Positions 24,235-33,800 of a DNA stretch of 56,078 nt are shown piece after piece. Both the position numbers and the translations under genes were made by a program. Origin of the DNA: a virus (Duplodnaviria > Caudoviricetes); IMG/VR virus record IMGVR_UViG_3300033407_000018, positions 1 through 56,078 of that record; one strand, written 5' to 3'. The notes below the pieces were generated by a model that was not told the DNA's origin, made no database searches, and saw nothing but the letters and a program-made list of their open reading frames with translations. Each line of letters starts with the position of its first letter. Positions within the stretch are counted from its first letter, which is position 1.

Positions 24235-24642
24235 TTAAGCGGCCGGTTCGGATTCCTTCTTAGGCTCCTCTTTCTTCGCGTCCTTGAACTTTCTCATCAG
24301 CGCAATCGTGTCTTCAGCCATGTCGTAGTTCTTCGGATACGCGTCGAGCGCTTCGTCGATCTTTGCCTTTTCCGCGGCGGCCCACTTCAGTTCGTACACT
24401 CCATCATTGAGTGCACGGTGGAAACTCGCCCCCGCTCCCGGCATCTTCCGGATGTGTCCGCACATCGGACAATACGAGCCGCCCTCCGTCGAGACCGCCT
24501 TAATCTTGTTCTTGATGTCCAGGATCGTTTCGATGTCGTTGAATGTCACACCCTTGAGAGTTTTGGACAGCGCGTCCTGCAGGAGTTCGAACAGTTTGGA
24601 TTCGTTGAGTTCTTTGGTGTTGCTGAATACGGTCACGTACAC
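24235..24642 (-). CDS. hypothetical protein after the tail fibre (possible fibre chaperone)
   Basis: GGAGAAGG RBS before GTG; CPMCGH. Confidence 0.55.
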   Translation of the reverse strand: MYVTVFSNTKELNESKLFELLQDALSKTLKGVTFNDIETILDIKNKIKAVSTEGGSYCPMCGHIRKMPGAGASFHRALNDGVYELKWAAAEKAKIDEALDAYPKNYDMAEDTIALMRKFKDAKKEEPKKESEPAA

Positions 24643-24714
24643 GAGGTTTTTCCTTCTCCAGCTGGGTAGCCGGTTCTTGATTTTCTTCAATCGTTTATGA
24701 AGTCGGGTTGGTGA

Positions 24715-26799
24715 TTACGCCGCGAAAGCAATTATTCTGTCGAGCATCTCCGGCGTGATTCGACGGCCGCGGTACTCCAGAAACTCATCGGTCACGGCAA
24801 ACACGGGCTTTCCTTCGCCGATCATGTGGCGATTCGCGAACAGGGCCACGCCATCGCGCCATTGCGGGTTGTGGCCGATGGCCCATCCGCGCGGGTAATC
24901 CGGATAGAGTTCCGATTCCACCATGCGCCATTTGTTGGCCATCGCAAAATCCGCACCGTTGATCGAGTCCGCCCAGACGTTGGCCCACTGTGCTGTCGTC
25001 TGTGTGCCGAGGTCCCGGGTGCCATCGGCTTCCGGATTGATGTTACCGGTCACAACGAGTCCGGTTGCGTTGACAAGCGCCTTCGTCGCGTTCTCGATTT
25101 GCAATGCCAACGTCAGGGCGCTTAGTTCCATAGCGCGGTACACACCAAGGTCTCGGTCAAAAGCCAGCAGCTTGCCAACGTTCGTGCTGGCATTGAAAAG
25201 CAACTCAAATCCATTACCAGAAGCAGGTGGATTCTGATTTGTAATTTGAATTGTCGAGTTAGACAAGAAACCCGCGCTGAACGTCGGTCGGCCGCTGAAT
25301 GTCGGCGTCCCCGATAAAGTTCCCGACAGCGCCGCTGCGTTGACCGTGGGTGACGTCAGCGTTTTGCTTGTCAGCGTCTGCGTGCCGCCAACCGTGACAA
25401 CGCTGGTTGCATCTGTGCCCGCCGTCGTAACGCGGATGTCCGCTGCGGAGGTTGCGATGCCACCATCCGCAATCGTGAAAACCGGCGTCCCATTGTCGCG
25501 GGCGACGAAGATGTCAGCCGCGAAGGCGGCGTTGTCGGCGATCAAGGCCGCATCACTGGAGATGATCGGGAAGGCGTCGATTTCCCGCTGGAGGCCGAAG
25601 TATCCAGCGACGTTGGTCGCGCCGGACGTGGCTCCGGACCATGCAAAGCCAAGAACTGCGATATGGAGCGGAGTCGCGTTGGAGTCTTGCTCCGTGAGAC
25701 CCCACAGCCCTATTGCTCTTGTGTCAGAATCCTTTGCTAGTCCACGAATCGCCGCTACTGGCCCTGCAGTAGTTTGTGCTCCGCCATCGACAGCGACGTC
25801 AATACCCCATGCGTTGCCTGATGTCTTTCCCGAATTAAAAAGTCTTAACCCTGTTATGTCCCGCGTCGTTTCTATGCCGCTGTCGGCGATGTCAATATAT
25901 GTATGAGTGAATCCTCCCGCATTCACGCTTGAATCTGGCGCTTCGATAACAAACCGTAGTCCCGTTTTGGGACCAAATACATCTGGAAACTGACTTGAAA
26001 TTGTGAACAGCATTAAGTGGTTGCCACCAATTAAAGATGCTGTTGTCCATTCGGTCCACTCTGCAATGGACGTCCCGCCAATCTGCTCCAACCGTGACGT
26101 CGTGGAGTCGATGGACTGCGAAGTTCCGAGGTTGATTCCTGCGGAGTGCGTCGTCAGCCCGCTGAATGTCGGAGTGCCTGAGAACGTGCCGGACAAGGCA
26201 GCGCCACTGATCGTCACTGACCCACCAAACACCGTCGTCTCGCCACCTGGTGCAATCGACACCTGATTCGAAGCATTCAGCCCGATAACCTTGACGGTTG
26301 CGGAGGCGGCGGCATTGACCGCGCCCATGAACGTGTTGTTCGGGACGACGAACTGCTCGGTGATTCGTGCGGCCGGAACGCGGCCGATACCGTAGTAGCC
26401 ATCGGAGGTCACCAGTGCACGCTCGCGGTATACGACCGTCACGGTGTACGTTTTCGCTACAGTGTCCTGATTCAAAATCTTGATGTGTAACTGACCGCCG
26501 CCGTCTGCGTCCACATACGATGCGATATTGGCGTAGTTGCGTTCGGTTGGCGTGCCGCCCACTTCCAATTCCATTGGCGTAAAGATGTCGCCAGCAATCG
26601 GGTCAACGCCCCAGATACGATCGGCATCGGCCATCGTCGCTGAGTTGTAAAAAAATACCTGTGACGGCCCGGTCCCGGTGGACGGCTCGACGAGAATCTT
26701 TTCGATGTCGAAGTAGTCCGGCCCGATGGTGCGCGAGACCGTGTATACGCCCGTGAGTGCCGCAACCGATGCCGTCGTGAATGAGTGCGTCAAAAACAT
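24715..26799 (-). CDS. tail fibre / receptor-binding protein
   Basis: G/T/S/A-rich; TQTLTSKTLTSP and DLGT...WANVWA fibre motifs. Confidence 0.75.
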   Translation of the reverse strand: MFLTHSFTTASVAALTGVYTVSRTIGPDYFDIEKILVEPSTGTGPSQVFFYNSATMADADRIWGVDPIAGDIFTPMELEVGGTPTERNYANIASYVDADGGGQLHIKILNQDTVAKTYTVTVVYRERALVTSDGYYGIGRVPAARITEQFVVPNNTFMGAVNAAASATVKVIGLNASNQVSIAPGGETTVFGGSVTISGAALSGTFSGTPTFSGLTTHSAGINLGTSQSIDSTTSRLEQIGGTSIAEWTEWTTASLIGGNHLMLFTISSQFPDVFGPKTGLRFVIEAPDSSVNAGGFTHTYIDIADSGIETTRDITGLRLFNSGKTSGNAWGIDVAVDGGAQTTAGPVAAIRGLAKDSDTRAIGLWGLTEQDSNATPLHIAVLGFAWSGATSGATNVAGYFGLQREIDAFPIISSDAALIADNAAFAADIFVARDNGTPVFTIADGGIATSAADIRVTTAGTDATSVVTVGGTQTLTSKTLTSPTVNAAALSGTLSGTPTFSGRPTFSAGFLSNSTIQITNQNPPASGNGFELLFNASTNVGKLLAFDRDLGVYRAMELSALTLALQIENATKALVNATGLVVTGNINPEADGTRDLGTQTTAQWANVWADSINGADFAMANKWRMVESELYPDYPRGWAIGHNPQWRDGVALFANRHMIGEGKPVFAVTDEFLEYRGRRITPEMLDRIIAFAA

Positions 26800-27131
26800 C
26801 AGCCCAGGTCCTCAGTGATGGCGACGGTCAGGTAGTTACGGTTGGGACTCGTGAGTTTCTTGCCGCTGATCGTGGCTTCCACTTCGAGCCGGTATTGGCC
26901 GGCCGTATCGGTGTCGCCCGCGGCCCATGCGTACTCGCCCTTACCCAGCAAGCCATCCGTGATGGTGATGTTCGAGGCCGTATCGATTTTGTTCGTGGTC
27001 TCCCCGACTTGGCGCATCAAGACTTTCAACGTTGCACCGCTGATGTCGATAGGATCGCCTGACGAGTAGGTGAGTTGAAACGCCAGCACTGGTAGCCGGT
27101 CGTCGCGCTTGATCGTAAAATCCGCAGACAT
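26799..27131 (-). CDS. BppU-like baseplate upper protein domain
   Basis: FTIKRDDRLP...PIDISGAT...GDTDTAGQYRLEVE. Confidence 0.7.
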   Translation of the reverse strand: MSADFTIKRDDRLPVLAFQLTYSSGDPIDISGATLKVLMRQVGETTNKIDTASNITITDGLLGKGEYAWAAGDTDTAGQYRLEVEATISGKKLTSPNRNYLTVAITEDLG

Positions 27132-27491
27132 CTATTCGACTACCTCCAGCTCCGTGTATTCGTTTTCCGCGACAATCAAATCCGTGTGCGACTCGCCGTC
27201 AATCTGTGCGCTCGTATAACTCGGACCGTCCACCGTAACCCGGAAGCCGCCGCCGATCCGGAACGGCGCACGCTCGTGCGGACGTGGAGTGATCTGCCGC
27301 CGCAACCGCAGCGGGTTGTTCTGCATTCCGAACGGCAGCGGATTGGTTTGCACCCGGTAGCCTGCAGAGACGAGCACCGCATCAGCGTTGACCAGCGGCT
27401 CGACCACTGCCGCGCCAGAGTTGAATCCTCCGGTGACAATCAGGCCAACAGAGAACCCGAAGCCACGCGTAACGATAGGTCCAACGCCCAC
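27132..27491 (-). CDS. putative virion protein
   Basis: IVTRGFG; coupled within the tail operon. Confidence 0.55.
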   Translation of the reverse strand: MGVGPIVTRGFGFSVGLIVTGGFNSGAAVVEPLVNADAVLVSAGYRVQTNPLPFGMQNNPLRLRRQITPRPHERAPFRIGGGFRVTVDGPSYTSAQIDGESHTDLIVAENEYTELEVVE

Positions 27492-28894
27492 TACGTTGCC
27501 CTCGTGCGTGACGTGGGCGTCTCATCATCGTCCAACGTGTGCGTCATGGCCGTCGTGCTTTTATCCAGCTTCTTTGTCGTGAGGGTCGTTCCCACAATCG
27601 CAAACTCCGTCAGTGCCTGGAGAATCATGAACAAAAACTGATCGCGGGTTGGAACCGCACCATCGGCCCCGTACGATTCGGACGGCTGTGCCGCTGCGTA
27701 AGACGTGAGCGCTGCCGCTGCTGCCGCAACCGCATCACTCACTGCGTCGTCGAGATTGGCTAACCGTGTATCGCCCAGCGCCGTGAGTCCGGCTCCTGCC
27801 GTTCCAATCTGCGTTTGCAGGTCCTGCGTATCGGCCTCGACGTCCGCTTGTGTGTCGCGTAGCGCCTCCAGCGAATCCGTCGTGTTGTCGAAACTCGCAA
27901 AGGCCGGAGTCGCGGACTTGCTCACCAGCTTGGCAAGCAGCGAACTGTTGGCGACGATGCCGCCCGGGTCCGCTACGCCGACCAGGTGATCGAGATGAAT
28001 AGCCACCAGCGCCGCTGCGCATTGCGTCTGCACGTCGGTCGTGGAGATGTTTTCTAGCGCGGAGATGAGCCCCGGAATCGTGTTGGCCGTGTCGTCGAGA
28101 ATCGCCGCGATCTCCGTGTCAATATATCCAGCGATAGTGGCCACTGTCGCCGGCAGGGTCGTACCGGTATCAGTCAGGATGTCCGAGACGTCAGACAACA
28201 GCTGTGTGAGTGCTCCGGCGTCCGGCAGCGCATCCGTAACAGCCTTGATGCCGTCCACGTCCGCCGGTAGATTCGCGGCATCCAGTTCCGCCAACCGTCC
28301 CTCCGTACACACTGACGCCAACGCCGCGCTATCCGTCCCCCGCATATCGGTGTTGGTGGTTGTCGTATCGCAAAGTTGGATGTCCGTCCCGGACAGGTCC
28401 ACTGCCGTTGTTGGGTTTTCAACGTTTCCCCAATCAATACCCGCTGCTCCGGTTGCGGTCACATCCAATGTACGAGCCGCAGTAGTCGGAGCCAGTAGCC
28501 CAGTTGTGCCTGCATCGACCAGCGAATTGTTGAGTGCGGCTGCCCGGAATCCGCAAACCGGCCCCGTCCATGGCAGGATGCCGGTGGCGAACCCGGTAAA
28601 CCAGCCGAAGCCCTCCGTATCGTTGTTGATCGTGCCACCGCCCGAAGCCGGCATTTCAATGGCGTACATACCATTGCCAACATTCGTCCAGTCGTAAACT
28701 CCGGCGGATTCGGTGGGTGTGACAGCGGTCTGAGTGTAGGCTCCGGCTGTGGTGACAAAGTTCCAGACGAGATCCAATCCCGCCTGATCGAAGGTGACGG
28801 ATTCTTCGCGGGTCTTGAAGTCCGTATCGTCGATCAGCGCAGCGATGTTCACCGGAACCGCTGCCAATGCCGTGTCGACGTCATACCAGATCAT
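27491..28894 (-). CDS. putative tail-associated structural protein
   Basis: Acidic, Ala/Thr-rich 467 aa with repeated I.TDT motifs. Confidence 0.65.
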   Translation of the reverse strand: MIWYDVDTALAAVPVNIAALIDDTDFKTREESVTFDQAGLDLVWNFVTTAGAYTQTAVTPTESAGVYDWTNVGNGMYAIEMPASGGGTINNDTEGFGWFTGFATGILPWTGPVCGFRAAALNNSLVDAGTTGLLAPTTAARTLDVTATGAAGIDWGNVENPTTAVDLSGTDIQLCDTTTTNTDMRGTDSAALASVCTEGRLAELDAANLPADVDGIKAVTDALPDAGALTQLLSDVSDILTDTGTTLPATVATIAGYIDTEIAAILDDTANTIPGLISALENISTTDVQTQCAAALVAIHLDHLVGVADPGGIVANSSLLAKLVSKSATPAFASFDNTTDSLEALRDTQADVEADTQDLQTQIGTAGAGLTALGDTRLANLDDAVSDAVAAAAAALTSYAAAQPSESYGADGAVPTRDQFLFMILQALTEFAIVGTTLTTKKLDKSTTAMTHTLDDDETPTSRTRAT

Positions 28895-29604
28895 TGCGCC
28901 GCCAGCCTCTCTTGCATGTACTGATACCAGGGGTTACCGCCGCCCGCTGCCGGTTCTTTGAACACGCCCACAAGTGTATTGCTGTCGGCTAAAGCAGCAT
29001 CAATCGTCCACGTACCGGCCACCGCGCCACCGGAGGCGGCGACGTTCCGGTCCTCCATTGCAATTACCTCGGAGCCATGGCCTGCAGCGTTATAACGCTG
29101 GGTGAATCCCGTACCGGCCGTCACCGCTACTGTGGCTGTAGTCACCTGTGTGCCGCAAATTGCGAGCGAGTTGGCTTGCGCGGTCACGGCCGTGTTGCCG
29201 GATGTGACCGCATCTGTGCCAGTGCCGGGATTTTGCTGGGAATCCTCGGCGCTGACATCCATTGGGCCGGACAGGGCGATGCCGCTATACTCCGCACAAA
29301 CCAAACTGCGTCCAGCCAGACTGGCATCCAGAGCCGCAGTGACCACCGGAGTTCCGGCGGCGGAATTCGCGAAGAACCACATACTGGACTGGCGGGCGGT
29401 AAAACCTGCAGACGGTCCGCATGGAAACTCTGTCCACGCACCGTTCACGTCGTCGGAGACGCCGGTGCACCCGCCCGAATCGGAATGATCGACAAAGCAG
29501 ACAAGCAGGGAGCCTTCCGCCACCGCACCGGCAAACGTATGCACGATTGTGGTATCAGCGCCCCCAGGACGAGATCCGTTAGTTTGGACATGCGCCCACG
29601 CCAC
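28891..29604 (-). CDS. putative tail-associated beta-sandwich protein
   Basis: GSLLV, VSDDVNGAWT, AEYSGI, TAGTGFT motifs. Confidence 0.6.
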   Translation of the reverse strand: MAWAHVQTNGSRPGGADTTIVHTFAGAVAEGSLLVCFVDHSDSGGCTGVSDDVNGAWTEFPCGPSAGFTARQSSMWFFANSAAGTPVVTAALDASLAGRSLVCAEYSGIALSGPMDVSAEDSQQNPGTGTDAVTSGNTAVTAQANSLAICGTQVTTATVAVTAGTGFTQRYNAAGHGSEVIAMEDRNVAASGGAVAGTWTIDAALADSNTLVGVFKEPAAGGGNPWYQYMQERLAAQ

Positions 29605-29795
29605 TACAGCGCCTCCTTGTCGTAGGCATACGTTTCCGGATGCTCGTCCAGCCAAGCGGCATAGCGTTTAGCCCGGCGCTCACCATCCGGACCGCTGAAC
29701 GTACCGACGTGATTTTCGGCGAATTCAACGCGCCAAATGTCGGCAATACCGGTCCTTGCGTCGGTTTCAATGACCTTGCGTTCAGTGAATTTCAT
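29604..29795 (-). CDS. hypothetical protein
   Basis: MKFTERK...WRVE...FSGPDGERRAKRYA. Confidence 0.55.
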   Translation of the reverse strand: MKFTERKVIETDARTGIADIWRVEFAENHVGTFSGPDGERRAKRYAAWLDEHPETYAYDKEAL

Positions 29796-29851
29796 AGGCT
29801 TCTCACTCCGCAAACTCGTGATACCGGCGGTTGTAGGTTGTACCTCGGGGT

Positions 29852-30286
29852 TCAAGCATGGGCTCTTAAGTCTACCGTCTTGATGCCTACGACAATCTCC
29901 ACGTCGTCGCGGTCCCACGGTCCACCCTTCTCGCTCCACACCAGCTTGTACGCCATCGGTATGAGCACGTCCGCGAATAACGCGGCTTGCTCGTCTGCGG
30001 TCAGCCAGGTTTTCGGATTGCCTTCGGGGGTTGCGAAGTACTGCCGGAATGTTTCGTCCTTGATGGAAATGCGCGCCAACTTGTCGCGTAGCTCCGGGCA
30101 GATACTCAGTCGTCCGCTGGAGTCTTTGCCGCCAATTGCAAGCGTGAACTGCGCCAGTTGGTTCAGCCAGTCCACGTACTGCGAAACGACGTAAACTTGA
30201 TCCACGTTGACGGCTTCGGTTTTGCGCTGCGCTTTATCCGTGACAACGGCCATGACGTCGAGAGAGACTTTTATTTTTCCTTGCAT
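29852..30286 (-). CDS. hypothetical protein
   Basis: 144-aa ORF with ATG start. Confidence 0.6.
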   Translation of the reverse strand: MQGKIKVSLDVMAVVTDKAQRKTEAVNVDQVYVVSQYVDWLNQLAQFTLAIGGKDSSGRLSICPELRDKLARISIKDETFRQYFATPEGNPKTWLTADEQAALFADVLIPMAYKLVWSEKGGPWDRDDVEIVVGIKTVDLRAHA

Positions 30287-30316
30287 AAGTCACACCTGTA
30301 GGTATACCGTCCGGGT

Positions 30317-30454
30317 ATGTCGAAAACGATCACACTAAAACATTGCTTACGGTGCCGTCACGAGTGGTACCCTAAGCGCCCGGTACGTCCAACGATTTGC
30401 CCTCACTGTAAATCGCCGTATTGGGACAAACCGAGAAAGGTAAAGAAATCATGA
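30317..30454 (+). CDS. 45-aa zinc-ribbon protein
   Basis: CLRCRHEWYPK...PTICPHCKSPYWDKPR; not in the ORF track. Confidence 0.75.
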   Translation: MSKTITLKHCLRCRHEWYPKRPVRPTICPHCKSPYWDKPRKVKKS

Positions 30455-30777
30455 AGCGAATTACAAGCCTCGCGGTTGTTCTTGTCCTCATCGTTTCCTG
30501 CTCCGCCGTGGCGCAGCACATCGCAGGCCGTTTTATCTACCACCCCAACATTCAGGCCGAAGCTGCATACCGCGCCGTGCTTGCGCAGAACGGGGCCGAC
30601 GGAATATCGGCTGAGATTTCCATGGGGCACTTCCGCACGCGCGTAGAGCCGGACCGGCGCATGTCGGAATTGTTCGATGAACTCGTTCAGCGTGATCCTG
30701 TCGGGATGCACGCTCTTCTGCAGGCGAAGAACATGACATTCGTAGCTTCGTCAGGACAGAGGTTCGGGATTCAATAG
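30451..30777 (+). CDS. secreted protein (moron)
   Basis: Signal peptide MKRITSLAVVLVLIVSCSAVA; antisense to the tail operon. Confidence 0.65.
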   Translation: MKRITSLAVVLVLIVSCSAVAQHIAGRFIYHPNIQAEAAYRAVLAQNGADGISAEISMGHFRTRVEPDRRMSELFDELVQRDPVGMHALLQAKNMTFVASSGQRFGIQ

Positions 30778-30784
30778 GGGATGC

Positions 30785-30819
30785 CGTCTAGGCAGATGGC
30801 TTTTACGTTTGCCTAGACG
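30785..30819. terminator. inverted repeat between convergent genes
   Basis: CGTCTAGGCA...TGCCTAGACG. Confidence 0.45.
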
Positions 30820-33800
30820 AGGGTCTCCCTCCAGCTGTGCTCCGCTCCGGTATGATCCCGGTAGAGCAAATAATACAGATTGTCGCCGCCGCTGCCGGAC
30901 GTGTACCGCCAAGCAACCAACTCACCGATTGACAATGATGGAACGGTGGATTGCTCGATGAACCGCGGCTTGAACACGCGGTCGTTCGTGAAGCAGTCCA
31001 CATCGCTATCCGTGCCTCCGGGACCGACAAACTTGGCGTCGCTGTCAATGGCCGTGACAAACTCAGCTGGAGATCCGGTCTGAACTTTATACTCCCCGCT
31101 GCCGACGGTTGTGAATCCCCCCTCAATGACGGCCGCGTACTCCGTTCCGCCAACATAGAAATCGACGGAAACCGAAGTACCGAATACGCCGGTTCCGGTC
31201 GGAAAATTTGTGCCATCGAAATACATTCCACCGAACAGCGGAATTCGCATTGTCTCGCCGCCACCGGAATCAAAACATCGAAATCCGTTCGTGCTGTCCT
31301 GCTCTGTCCTCGCACCGCTCGCCGCCGATCGAATCAACGCCCCCGTCACCGTCCCCCCCGTAATCGTCCCGAGGTCCGCCGCGATGGCCGCCAGGGTGGC
31401 AACGCTGATTTTTCCCGCCGTCACGGCCAGTGCATCGAGTTTGGCCGTCGTGATCGAGCCAGCCAGGATCGAGCCCGCCGTGACCGAATTGACAAGCAGG
31501 TTGTCGCTGTTGACGCCCAGTGTTCCCACGGCGGGAATGAACATCGCCCGTTGATTGGCATCAAACCCCGGACGCGCAAAGCACATCAGTTTTTTTCGGT
31601 CACCGGTGGCATCGCTGTAGGTTGTCGAGGTCTGCAAAACCGTCGTACTGGTGTCCGGATCCAGATAGATGTAAGTCGCGGCTCCCATTTCTCCAGTATT
31701 GCCGCCGCTGATCGCGAACTCAGCGCCATCCGCAAACTTGATCGTCCCGGAAGCCCAAGCCACAGTGTCCTGATCGGTTGCGCTGAACACTACGCTAGTG
31801 TTGAAGCCGCGCGCATTCTCCGTGAGTTTAGCCGCCGTCGTATTAGCGTCCGCTAGCTTGATGGTCTCGACTGACGCCGTGCCCAGTTCGCCGGATATGA
31901 TCCCTGAATAATTGATCGGACCAGCGGGTCCAGCGAGTAGGCCTGCGCCCCATAGGGATGAATGCAAGCAGACCCACGACCGGAATCCGATACCCTGCAA
32001 AACAAAGTCCACCCGGCGCTGTGAGCGCAGGTCGTTGCGGTCGACAACATGCAACCGGACCGCGCTTGTCTTTTCCCAGACATGGTTATTGCCTCCGCGC
32101 TCGACAATGTAGAACTCAAGGCCTGTCCAGTTGTGCGGGTTCAACCGGCCCGGAAAGTCGAAGTCAATCCAGTCGGAACCGTTGCCTGTGATACGGGTCA
32201 CGTAGATCATGCCTTCCAGATCCCACGAGGGCGAGCCGGTGCGCTTGGGACTGAAGATGATGATGTCGTGCTCGTCAGGCGAGACCCATTCACTGGGCGT
32301 CCACGAGGCGCCGGGAGAGGTTAGGCGGTTACTGCCCGGGGCTAGAACGCCATCGCTGCCGGTCTCGACCGTCGTGGTCGTCGGAAAAGTCGCTGACGTG
32401 TGGATGAATACCGAATACCCCCACACCGATGCCATATCATCGTCATCGACGGGATAGTCGAATCGCGCTTGAAGCGCATTCCCAGCAATCTTGGGGCCGG
32501 TGGTTTGATCGGCCTTGACCAGATCCAGATTGATCGGTGCGGGCGGGATGTCATCGTCCACCGCGCCGGTGTCGGCGCTCGTCGTAAACGTCTCGGTACC
32601 GCTCCAGTCACCCTCACCGAAAATGTTGATCGCGCGCGTCCTCAGGTAGTACGTACCGGGATTGACGGTCAGATTCTGGGTTGCAAATGCGCCACTGACG
32701 GTCTCGTCGAAGAACGGTGCGGCGAACGTGTTTTCGGTCGCCACTTGAAACTGAGTCGTCTCTACGGTATCCCAGTTGACTGGAATGGCCGGCGGTTGGG
32801 ATCCCAGAAGCGCCACGACAGGCGACAGAAACACCACAGATGCCGTTGGCGCATTCGGCACGTCCGTATCGGTTCCGGCGTTGTCGCTGGCTGTCGATGA
32901 GTAATCCGAGATGGCATCCACCGGCGAGCCGTCCACCTCGACGCCTTCGAGAATCGAGACCCCGCGAATGAAGTAGAAGTAGGTCGTCGTCGGATTCGTG
33001 GAGACGGTCTCCGATGAATCGTGGTACCAGTTGGTATCGGTCTCCGCAACCTGCACGGATGCTTCCGGGTCTGAGGTCGTCCCGCGATAGATGTCAAACC
33101 GCTTGAACAACTGCGCGGCATTCCCGGTGTAGGCATCCCACTCCAGCCGGATGTAATCGAGCCGGCCAAAGGCTGCGAGGTTTGTTGGCGCGGCGAGTTG
33201 ATCGTCCGCCTTGCCGTCCACGAGGATTCGTACCGTGGGGTATTTCGGATCGCCTACCGAGTCCTGTGCGTCAATGTCTCCGGGGTGGCCGTCTGTCGCA
33301 CGCGATACCGCCCGGAAGTGCTCATACTTGCCGCTCACTTCGTACTGAATCGCAGAGCCAGACTCCACGACCTCACCGACGAAGCGCCAGTCACCTACCG
33401 GGCTTCCGGCGTCGTCCGTGCTTCGGTAGATCAGTAGTGACCGGAAGTTAGCTAGCGGGCTTGGCGCAGTAAAGTTGATGACCAGCTGCGTCATTGGCTT
33501 ACTGTTTGCGTCGAACAGTCCGCTCTCGACGATGGCGAACGCGGTCACTGGCGGCGGCGGACCGTTCAGCGAATCCGGCGCATCGATCCGGGTGAAGTCC
33601 GAAATGGTCAGAACGCCGTCATCGTAAATCGCGTTGTCGTGCAGCGTTGCCGTGATCGTGCGGATGAAGTACATGCCGCCGTCGGACGTGCGCTGGGTTT
33701 CGTCGCGGAGATGAATGACGCGGAAATACTGCTCGTTTAGTGCGGGGTTCAGGCTGTCGTCTTCACACTCGATGATGTCGCCCTGCTCTAAGTCCGATGC

